Source of the DNA: Felis catus
Lineage: Eukaryota
Length of the DNA: 64,000 nt
Assembly: GCF_018350175.1 (NCBI RefSeq)
Contig: NC_058373.1
Span: 111,104,001-111,168,000 of the forward strand
Direction of reading: 5' to 3'
Under the pieces are notes generated by a model. It was not told the DNA's origin. It saw nothing but the letters and a program-made list of their open reading frames with translations, and did not search any database. Shown here in pieces: positions 49,804-60,450 of the stretch; the stretch's first letter is position 1; every line of letters starts with the position of its first letter. A program made the translations under genes and the position numbers.

Positions 49804-52088
49804 TGCTTTGATGTGGGTCCATTCCTGCCACCACACAGAAGCACAAGGAGGCAGAGTTTTAGGGGGGCAACCTTTCATTGTTGGTTGCCTCAGAGTGTCT
49901 TGGAATCCTAAGGGCCATTTAGCTGTGATTTAGAGCTGACAGGGACCCTGTAAATCACACATTCTAACCCCTCAGACCCACAGCATCAATTCACTGTGGA
50001 ACTGTGACTCTATCAGTTACTGGCTGTGTGACCTTGGGCAAGGTGACTAACCTCTCTGTGCCTAAGTTTCTCCGTCCATAAAATAGGGAAGTGATACACA
50101 CAGGGTGTTTTAAGGACTGAATGAACAACGATTAGACCACAGTGCAGGCAAATCGTAAGTTCTTAATAAATGATAGCTTAATATGGATACAACACAGACA
50201 CTGTAAGGGATACTTCTAATGCCAATGTTTTCTCAGAGCAGGGCTAGAGTTAGGCTGTGTGGTGCCTCAAATGAGATGCTTATCTGGGACACAGGAGAAA
50301 TTTGAGGCTAAGAATGGATTGGCAAATTAGTTAGCTTTGTGATCTTGAGCAGTCCCTGAACTTCTCCCTCACTTATCTTCAGTGATTACCTGTGACAACT
50401 GCTCCTTATGGCTGCCACTCAGATCTCCTAAAGTGAAAAAATGAAAAGAAACTGACCAGTCCTTTCCTTCAGATGATCACATCCTCCTTTATTCTACTCA
50501 GGATAGTTTTAGAAGAAAGGATCCTTACAACTAGAAAAACTTTCTGTGTGTACTCCCAGAACGATGAAGCTCTTACTGTGTAATAGAGATCGTAATAGCC
50601 ACGGCACCGAGCATTTCCGCTGAGTTGGGTGCGGTGCTAAGCCCTGCCCAGCGAACATGACAGAAGCTGGAGTTGAGCAAGGTCAAGTAACTTGCCCAAT
50701 GTCATTTAGCTGGTAGGTGGCAGAACCAGGGTCTGAAACCAAGTCTCTCTGATGCCGAAATGTGTGCTCTTCACCGCAGCACTGCTGCCTTGATTGGGAA
50801 CATAACAGAGAGCTTTAGAATGGAAAGGAACCTTGGAAATGACCTAGTCATAGCACCCCAAACCATTCCTTTTAATCAACAATAGCATAGCTGCCGTTAT
50901 CTCTATTAAGTTACTCCCTGCTGGCTCCAGTTCGTAGAATAGCGAGTTGGAGAAGCGCAGCTTGCAAAGGCTTGCAAATTCCTTGTGTGGCTTGAGACCC
51001 CTTCCGTGGTCAGTGTAGTTTGAAGTTGTCATGCACTTGACAGAGGTGGCCGTTCAAGGGTGTCAGGGTATTGAAAGGCAGCAGTTGGAGATGCTGGTTC
51101 CCTGAAGCTGCGAAGGAGATCTTGAGGTATCTAGAGCACTCAGATGCTCTTTCCAGGGGTGAGTAGGGAAAATGCTGCTGGGGCTGTCATATAACTTTCC
51201 AGAATCCAACCATTTCTTCCAAATGTCAGCGCTGAACTCCGTGCTTCTGGCATTCTGCTCCGGGCTTGGTAGGGATGGCAGTGACTGGCACAACCTGTTG
51301 CTGGCTGAAAACAACACAGTCACCCCACGCTCTTCCTTCCCGTCGCTGCCGGGGCCTGTGTGACCTTGAACAAGTCTCTCGAGGATCAATTGAATAGTTC
51401 AGACTGCAAGCATACTGATTAAAATAAATAGATAAATAGAAATGATAACGTGTGAACAATTGTTCTGTATTTATAGAAAGGTATTCCTCTAGGCCACACT
51501 TCCCCCACCTCTGTAGCATGATTACAGGCCAAATGTTGTGGCAATTCAAGGAGAATGAGAGGAAATTTGCTTTGAAATAGGAGGAGAAACTGACCTGGCT
51601 GGTTTGGTAACTGGTCCAAAGAACACAGTGTCCTCTGGAGGCTGACAGCTGCTGGAGTAAGTCTGTTCCTCTTGACGGTCAGACCGACCCTCTCTGGCCA
51701 GTTGACTCATAGCAAGCGGAGAAGGTCAACGACATTTCTGGAAAGCCCACTCTATCCTTCACAGTGAGATGTGCTGAGGTGGGAGACGATAGAGATTTTT
51801 ATGTATTGATGAATAACGGGAAGATGTCCACAGTGAAAAGTGATTCCAATGAGGCAGGTTACAAAACAATACATGACATAGCATCACATGTAGATTCTTT
51901 TTACAAAGGAAAGAGCATGGGTAAATTATCAGAAAGAACGTATACAAATGGGATTGAAGAAGGCAGAGTGGGGATTTTCATTATTTTACTGAGTATGCTT
52001 CGATATTATTTGAATTTTTCCTAAAGAGAATGCATTGCTTTTCTCCCCCCAGTTTTCTTTGGTATTTTCTTTAAAGTCAGTTTTACTC

Positions 52089-52683
52089 ACTACTAGGTAT
52101 TTGTCCAAAGGACACAAAAATGCTGATTCAAAGGGACACATGCAAGCCAATGTTTATAGCAGAGCTATCAACAATAGCCAAATTATGGAAAGAGCCCAAA
52201 TGTCCATCAATTGATGAATGGATAAAGAAGATGTGGCGTATATATAGACAATGGAATATTACTCGGCCATCAAAAAGAATGACATCTTGCCATTTGCAAC
52301 AACATGGAAGGAAGTAGAGGGTACTATGTTAAGCGAAATTAGTCAGAGAAAGACAAATATTGTATGATTTCACTCATATGTGGAATTTAAGAAACAAAAC
52401 AGGTGAACATAAGGGGAAAGAAAGGAAAAATGAGATAAAAAGCGAGAGGGAGACAAACTATAAGAGACTCTTAAACAAAGAGAACAAACTGAGGGTTGTT
52501 GGAGGGGTGTTAGGTGGGGGGTTGGGCTAAATGGGTGATGGGCATTAAGGACGGTACTTGTTGGGATGAGCACTGAGTGTTCTATGTAAGGGATGAATCA
52601 CTAAATTCTACTCCTGAAAATGTTGTCACACTGTATGTTAACTAACTTGGATTAAAAAAAAAAAAGAATTATAAAGAAAATAA
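52089..52683 (+). mobile_element. 5'-truncated carnivore L1 (ORF2 end, 3' UTR, A tail)
   Basis: LIQRDTCKPMFIAELSTIAKLWKEPKCPSIDEWIKKMW is the L1 ORF2 C-terminus. G-rich 3' UTR, A tail, degenerate TSD aaagtcagttttact/aaaatcagcttcact. Confidence 0.92.
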
Positions 52684-53778
52684 AATCAGCTTCACTGAAG
52701 TCAAATTTATATATAATTACCAAGTAATTATACATATATATGTAAAAACACTCTTTTCAAACTGTGTGGTCACATGAGTTTTGGCAAATCTATACAGTCA
52801 TGTAACCACCATCCCAATCAAGATATGGAACATTTCCATCACCCTTGAAAGTTCTCTTCTGCCTCCTTGCAATCTCCTACCCTTACTCCCTGCCCCAAGT
52901 GACCATCGATCTTATTTTTTAAAAATGGTAAGGGCGCCTGGGTGGCTCAGTTGGTTAAGCGTCCGACTTCAGCTCAGGTCACGATCTCGCGGTCCGTGGG
53001 TTTGAGCCCCGCGTCCGGCTCTGTGCTGACTGCTCAGAGCCTGGAGCCTGTTTCAGATTCTGTGTCTCCCTCTCTCTCTGACCCTCCCCCATTCATGCTC
53101 TCTCTCTCTCTGTCTCAAAAATAAATAAACGTTAAAAAAAAGTTTTTTTTTAAATGGCAATAAATGGAATCATACAGTATGCAGGTAGCTTGTTATGCCT
53201 GGCTTCTTTCAGTAGCTTAATGATTTGGGATTTGGCCATGCAGTTAGTTCTTTTTCATACTGATTAGTATTCCATTGTACGATAGTTTATCCATTCACCA
53301 ATGTGGCTTGTTTTCTGCTTTTGCAAATTACAAATAAAGGTGCTGTAAACATTTTTGTACAAGTCATTATGTAGATACAAGTTTTCTCTTGGGTAAATAC
53401 CTAAGAGTGAGATTGTTGGGTCATATATTAAATGTATGATTAATTTTATAAGAAAGTGGCAAACTATTTTTCAGAGTCACTGTACCATTTTGCATTCCCA
53501 CAGTGCCCCACATCTTCATCAGCTTTATTTATTACNNNNNNNNNNNNNNNNNNNNNNNNNNNNNNNNNNNNNNNNNNNNNNNNNNNNNNNNNNNNNNNNN
53601 NNNNNNNNNNNNNNNNNNNNNNNNNNNNNNNNNNNNNNNNNNNNNNNNNNNNNNNNNNNNNNNNNNNNNNNNTGCTTCAAATCTTTCATTTATTAAAAAA
53701 CTGAGTTATCTTCCTAATATGGAACCGTAAGAGTTCTTAATATATTCTGGATATAAGTTTTTTTTTAAGTTTATTTAT

Positions 53779-53817
<39 letters not shown>

Positions 53818-56137
53818 AGTGGCGGGGGGGTGGTGCAGATGCAGGGCTCGAACCATGAGATCATGAACCATGAGATCATGAACTGAGCTGAAACCAAGGG
53901 TCAGAGGCTTAACCATCTGAGCCACCCAGGCGCCTCTGGATATAAGTTCTTTATTAGAAGTGTGTTTTTGCAAATATTTTCTCCCAGTCTGTACTAGTTT
54001 TTCCATTTTTCTGAATGTTGTCTTTTGAACAGCAAAGGTTTTTCATTTGGTGAAGTGTAATTTATTCTTTTTTTTTTTTTTTTTTTTTTTGTATGTAGTT
54101 TGTCCTTTTTGTGTCCTATTTAAGAATTATTTGCCTAGGGGTGCCTGGGTGGCTCAGTCAGTTAGGTGCTGACTCTGGCTCAGGTCACCATCTCACAGTC
54201 TGTAAGTTCAAATCCCATGTTGGGCTCTGTACTGATCCCTCAGAGGCTGGAGCCTACTTCGGAGTCTGTGTCTCCCTCTCTCTCTGCCCCTCCCCACTTG
54301 TACTCTGTCTCTCTCTCAAAATAAATAAAACATTAAAAAATTAAAAAAAAATTATTTGCCTAACCCAATATGACATTTTTTTTCTGTATTTTCTCTTAGA
54401 ACTTTATAGTTTTAGCTCTTACATTTAGGTTTATGATTCATTTTGTGTTCATTTTTAACAGCTTTTTAAACAGATATAATTCACATACCATGCATTTAAT
54501 CCATTCAAAGTGTACAATTCAATGTTTGTTTGTATATTTAGAGTTGCAGTCATCAGTATAATCTGATTTTAAACATTTTTATCAAAACAAAAAGAAATGT
54601 CATTACCCATTAGTAGTGTGACTTCATATTTCTCCTCCCACACTCTTAGGTCTAGACTTTCTATCTCTATAGACTTACCTACTGAGTTACTTTTTATGTG
54701 TGGTAAAGGTAAGGGTCAAAGTTCATTTTCGTACATGTCTGTCCAATTGTTATAGCATTGTCATTTGCTGAAGACTATCTTTTCTCTAGTGAACTACTCT
54801 GTCATCCTTGTCCATAATCAATTGACCAATATGTGTGAGTCATGTTGAACTCTCTGTTCTGTTTCATTGATCTATGTGTCTGTCCATATGCCAAAACCAC
54901 ACTGTCTTGATTAATATGGTCTCGTAAGAGATTTAAAATGCAATAATGTGAGTCCTCCAATTTTGTTCTTTTTCAAAATAGTTTTGACTACATTCTTTGC
55001 ATTTCCATATAAATCTTAGGATCAGCTTGTCAATTTCTTAAAAAAAATAAGCAAGGTGGGGATTTTGATTGGGGTTTCTTTGATTTTTAGGTTAATTTAG
55101 GGAGAATTGACATTTTAACAATATTGAGTCTTTTGATTCATGAACATAGTATATCTCTCTCTCTCTCTTTTTTTTTTTTTAGGTCTTCTTTAATTTTTCT
55201 CAGCAATATTTTACAGTTTTCAGCAATAGGTATTACATTTTTTCTTAGACTTATTCCTAAGAATTTCATGGTTTTCCGATGCTATTGTAAATGTTATCTT
55301 TTAAATTTTAATTTCTGATTGCTTACTGTTAGTATCTTGAAATATGCTTTTTGTATATTGACCTTGTATTCTGACTTTACTAAACTCACTTATTTTATTC
55401 ATTGTTTTATAGATTCTTTGAGATTTTCTACATGGATGATAGTATTCTTGTTTTTTTCTAAAGTATATGTCTTTTATTTCTTTATTTTGCCTATTGTACT
55501 ATTAAAGAGCACTGATTCAGTGAGAACAGACATTTTGCTGAGTTCCTAATTTTAAAGGAAAAGTATTTTTTTCACCATTAAGTTTGATGTCCTCTATCAG
55601 CTTGAGAAAGTCATCTTCTATTCTTACTTACCCGAGTATTTTTATTATGAAAAGGTTCTGGATTTTGGCAAATGCTTTTTTTTTTTTTTTTTTGGTGTGT
55701 GTGTGAGAAGTTTATTTATTTTTGAGAGAGAGAGAGAGAGAACACGTGTGCATGCATGCATGCACATAAGTGGAGGAGGGGCAGAGAGGGAGAGGGAGAC
55801 AAAATCCAAAGCAGGCTCCAGGCTCTGAGCTGTCACAGCAGAGCTTGATGTGGGGCTTGAACCCATAAACTGTGAGATCATGACCTGATCCAAAGTCGGA
55901 TGCCTAACTGACTGAGCCACCCTGGCGCCCCTTGGCAAATGCTTTTTTAAAAAATCTATTGAGATAACCCTATGTTTTTTCCTTTTTTAGTTTACTGATA
56001 TGGTGACTTTATACTATTGATTTCTTTGAATGTTGAACCAACTTTGCATTCCAGGGATTGATTCTGCTTGGATAAATATATATGTTTTTTCCCTGGATTT
56101 AATTTGCCAAAATTTTATTAAGAACTGTCATGTTTAG

Positions 56138-56360
56138 GGGAGCCTGGGTGGCTCAGTCGGTTAAGCGTCCGACTTCAGCTCAGGTCACGATCTCGCGGTC
56201 CGTGAGTTCGAGCCCCGCGTCAGGCTCTGGGCTGATGGCTCAGAGCCTGGAGCCTGCTTCTGATTCTGTGTCTCCCTCTCTCTCTGCCCCTCCCCCATTC
56301 ATGCTCTGTCTCTCTCTGTCCCCAAAATAAATAAACATTAAAAAAAAATTAAAAAAAAAA
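56138..56360 (+). mobile_element. Young felid SINE
   Basis: TSD aagaactgtcatgtttag/aagaattgtcatgtttag. Confidence 0.96.
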
Positions 56361-56377
56361 AAGAATTGTCATGTTTA

Positions 56378-56517
56378 GACCTCCCACGATCATGTCTGGA
56401 GAGTGGTTGGTATTCTGCCAGCTTTGGAGATGAGAGGGAAACCAAACTTGACAGAGGTACCCATTCCATTCCCAGCTTGCTCGGTAGCTGGTGTTTGGAA
56501 GACTCTCTGCAACAGTG
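56378..56517 (+). ncRNA. SNORA7: SNORA7 (ACA7) H/ACA snoRNA retrocopy
   Basis: GACCTCC...TCTGGAGAGTG...TATTCTGCCAGCTT...CCCATTCCATTCCCAGCTTGCTC...GGAAGAC...ACAGTG matches recalled SNORA7. 140 nt, H box AAACCA 56439-56444, ACA box 56512-56514 three nt from the end. Directly upstream of RPL32, its known host gene. Confidence 0.88.
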
Positions 56518-56584
56518 TTCAAGCCCTGAGCAGGAAAGCCTCCTTCCAGGACTCTTTGACACCATCTCTGCCTCGTTCTTGAAG

Positions 56585-57045
56585 GCATCATGGCTGCCTT
56601 CAGACCTCTGGTGAAGCCCAAGATTCTTAAAAATAAGACCAAGAAATTCATCTGGCACCAGACTGATAGCTCAAAATCAAGCACAACCAGCGGAAACCCA
56701 GAGGCATTGACAATAGAGTGTGCAGAAGATTCAAGGGCCAGATCTTGATGCCCAACATTGGTTACGGGAGCAACATGAAAACAAAGCACATGCTGCCCAG
56801 TGGTTTCTGGAAGTTTTTAGTCCATAACCTCAAGGAGCTTGAGGTGCCACTGACGTGCAACAAATCTTACTGTGCAGATTGCTCACAATGTCTCCTCCAA
56901 GAACCACGAAGCCATGGTGGAAAGAGCAGCCCCGTTGGCCATCGGTCCCATTGCCAGCCTGTGCAGCAAAGTAAACGATCAGACAGCTTATGTGCATGTC
57001 GTATTTGTGTTACTAAAACCATAAACCTACAAAAAAAAAAAAAAA
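56585..57045 (+). pseudogene. RPL32: RPL32 processed pseudogene
   Basis: ATG 56590: MAAFRPLVKPKILKNKTKKFIWHQ..., then [41 protein letters not shown] in another frame. Intronless, frameshifts near 56660 and 56876, poly(A) 57031-57045, flanking TSD. Confidence 0.96.
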
Positions 57046-57789
57046 GAATTGTCATGGTTAGATTCATAAGCATATTATCTCAGAGTTTTTGGTAATATCT
57101 TTTTCTGGTTTTTATATCAGGATAATGAAGGGAGACGTGTTCTGCCTCTTCTGTTTCTTGAGAGGGTTTGTAAAATTGGTACTATTTCTTTATTATTTTC
57201 TTCCTCATTTTTTTAGTTTGAATACTTCTACATTATTTGAATCTTGCCTAAAGAGAATGCAATAGTTAAAACTTTTTTTTTCTATTTTGAGATAATTTTA
57301 TACTTACATAAAAATTGCAAAAAAACAGTATGGAGAGTTCCCCATTTATCTTTCACCCAGATTTTCCTAATGTTAACATTGTACATGATCATCAAAACCA
57401 GGAAAATAACATTGATATATTACTGTTAATTAATTTATATATCTTATTCAAATTTTACCACTTTCCCAATAATGGCCCTATTCTTGTCTAAGATTCCACA
57501 GTCCATTTAGTTGCCATGGACCTTTTTCCCCTCTCTCCTTTCAGTACTTTTGAATAATTTAGTATAAAGCCATTAGCTTGTGCCAAACAAAGTATTCATC
57601 AGTGGGGAGTGGGAGTTTCAGAGACCTGTCATAGACATAGGAGCCCAAATGTGGTGAGGCACATCAATGGATTGGAGTGGTGAGGGCCCAACAGGATTGT
57701 TAGGGACTTAGTTGAGAGAGGAGGGCCCTCTATGCAAGGGGAAGGGGTAAGGGTGGGCCCAGAGTGGGTGAGATGATGAGGGCATCCAT

Positions 57790-59290
57790 ACAGGGCTATG
57801 ATGGTAACAACAGAAGATTGGTTACACATGGGGCTTGATAAAATAAATAAACATACTGAGAATAATGAAAGATAGGTGTTTCTCTATCAGAAAAGGCAAT
57901 TATGATATGGAGAGGAAGGTAACTAAAATGAATGAATCTTGTGGTATTGGAATAGAATTGAAGGTAACTGTGTAGACTTACGGTTTTCACATGTATCAAT
58001 AGATACAGAAGTATAGATCTCCCGAGCTTCTAGCCTCAGAGCACCTCTGGGGGGAGTAACATCCCAATAGCAATAAGCATACCTACTACCCAGATCTTGA
58101 CTTCTAAATAACATTCTCCACCAAAGGAAACCTAGGCTCTTAAAATTTTTTTTTTCAACGTTTATTTATTTTTGGGACAGAGAGAGACAGAGCATGAACG
58201 GGGGAGGGGCAGAGAGAGAGGGAGACACAGAATCGGAAACAGGCTCCAGGCTCTGAGCCATCAGCTCGAACTCCCGGACCGCGAGATCGTGACCTGGCTG
58301 AAGTCGGACGCTTAACCGACTGCGCCACCCAGGCGCCCCAGGAAACCTAGGCTCTTTAGAGAAGTGACTGATTTAAGGGCTAGGGCAGGGAAAGTATAAG
58401 ATGAGTCTGGAATCTGTTTTTGCATCAGAAATTAAGGAGTTCTAGAAGAATAATGGAGATATGTCAAAAGAACATAGAAGCCAGTGTGATGGGGCTCCCA
58501 CCTGCCAAATCTGAAATAATTTGAGCATCAAGATAAATAATAATAATTGCAGATCATAATCCATTTAATAAAATGGAAATCAGTGAGTCTATGCTGAAAT
58601 AAGTCAATGAATAATAAAGAAGGAGAGGGAACAGCTCTCCTTTATCATGGAATGCCAACTAATGAATGTAAAATAGTGATAGAATTAGAAAATCACTTTG
58701 GCAACCAAAATAATAAAAATAATTCAGTCAAGAACCCTCATGAAATGCATGCTGGGTGAAAGTTGAGTGAGGAATGATTTATATCACTTCAAAATACCTC
58801 CCAACAAATATTTGATGATTAAGAAGGAAAAAGAGGGTAAATTTACGATGGAGAAGTCTGGCACAGAGCACCTAATCAAGTGATCAAGATTAACGTCACA
58901 AGTAATGGGACAAATGGGCTTTAAGCACTTGTGATAGAATGTAATCAAGAGCACAAAGCATCTCTTTTATGATATCCCTGGCAAAAATGCATAATCTAAA
59001 TCTCATCTTGAGGACACATCAGGCACACCCAAAATAAGTAACTTTCCAGGAAACAGCTAGCCTATAATCTTCAAAAGTTTTGAGTCTGTGAAAGACCAGG
59101 AACGACTGGAGAACAATTTCAGATTGAAGCAAGTTGGAGACACACGGTAACTAAATGCTATGCACGATCCTGGCTTGCGTCTCTTTGCTATAAATGATGA
59201 TATTGGGACAATTAGTGAAGCTTGAATGGAGCACGAGAATTAGGTAACAGTAACATATTGATGTTGGTTTGTGATTTTAATGGTTATAAT
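57790..59290 (+). mobile_element. L1MC/MD-type 3' UTR fragment interrupted by a young SINE (-, 58146-58339)
   Basis: L1MC-like motifs (cctactacccagatcttgacttctaaataacattctccacc). SINE TSD aggaaacctaggctctt. Confidence 0.7.
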
Positions 59291-59665
59291 ATTGTAAAGA
59301 GAAGATAGTCTGGAAAAAGAAGCAATTTGTCTACTCAAGACCTGCTACTTCTCTGGTATTCTATATCTTAATTGGCATTATTGCCATCTATCTATCTACC
59401 CAGAAACTCAAGCTTAAAACAAGGGAGTCATCCTTCACAGCTTTCTTATAACCTAGAAGTCCATTTGGAGTAATCTAAGTATCTATTAATAGATCAATAA
59501 TATTATGAAACATCTGTGCCTTGGAATATTATATGGTTATTCTGAAGATTGAGGTAGGTCTGTGTAGCAACATAAAAATAAAAGAAGAAAGTCGTAAAAT
59601 AGAATATGAAGCAAGACCCCTTTTCTGTTAACTTTTGTACATGCAAAGATCAAGAGAATGTATTC

Positions 59666-60450
59666 TTTTTTTAAAAATTTTTTTAATGTTTATTTATTCT
59701 TGAGAGAGAGAGAGACAGAGACAGAGCCTGAGTGGGAGAGAGGCAGAGCAAGAGAGAGACACAGAATCCAAAGCAGGCTCCAGGCTCAGAGCTGTCAGCA
59801 CAGTACCCGACGTGGGGCCCGAAACCATGAACTGTGAGATCATGACCAGAGCTGAAGTCAGATGCTTAACTGACTGAGCCACCCAGGTGCCCCCAAGGGA
59901 ATGTATTCTTAAATGTTAAAGATTAGTATCTCTTTGAGTTGGAATTATGAATTTTCTTCTTTTCTGTTCTGTTTGGGTTTTTCTTAGAGTGACATATTTT
60001 TTTAATAGAGAAAGACAGAGGGAGGTGCACGTGCACCAACGGGAGAGGGACAGAGAGAGGGAGAGAGAGAATCTAAAGCAGGCTCCACACTCAATACAAA
60101 ACCTGAGATCATGACCTGAGCTGAAATCAAGAGTTCAACATTTAACTATCTGAGCCACTTAACCATCTGAGCCACTTAGGNNNNNNNNNNNNNNNNNNNN
60201 NNNNNNNNNNNNNNNNNNNNNNNNNNNNNNNNNNNNNNNNNNNNNNNNNNNNNNNNNNNNNNNNNNNNNNNNNNNNNNNNNNNNNNNNNNNNNNNNNNNN
60301 NNNNNNNNNNNNNNNNNNNNNNNNNNNNNNNNNNNNNNGTGCTGTCAGCGCAGAGCCCTACAAGGAGCTTGATCCCACGAACTCTGAGATCATGGCCTGA
60401 GCTGAAATCAAGAGTTGGACGCCCAATGGACTGAGCCACCCAGGCACCCC
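59666..60450 (-). mobile_element. Cluster of three Can-SINEs (59666-59893, 59997-60180, ~60339-60450 partly under N)
   Basis: SINE bodies ending gagccacccagg. The first has TSD aagagaatgtattctt/aagggaatgtattctt. Confidence 0.9.

Larger units (their letters stand above)
52690..57240 (-). mobile_element. Old L1M element hosting five SINEs and the SNORA7-RPL32 retrocopy
   Basis: Continuous antisense L1 3' UTR/ORF2-like sequence. SINEs at 52932-53140 (+), 53758-53935 (-), 54138-54350 (+), 55677-55931 (-) and 56138-56360 (+), each with TSDs. Confidence 0.8.
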
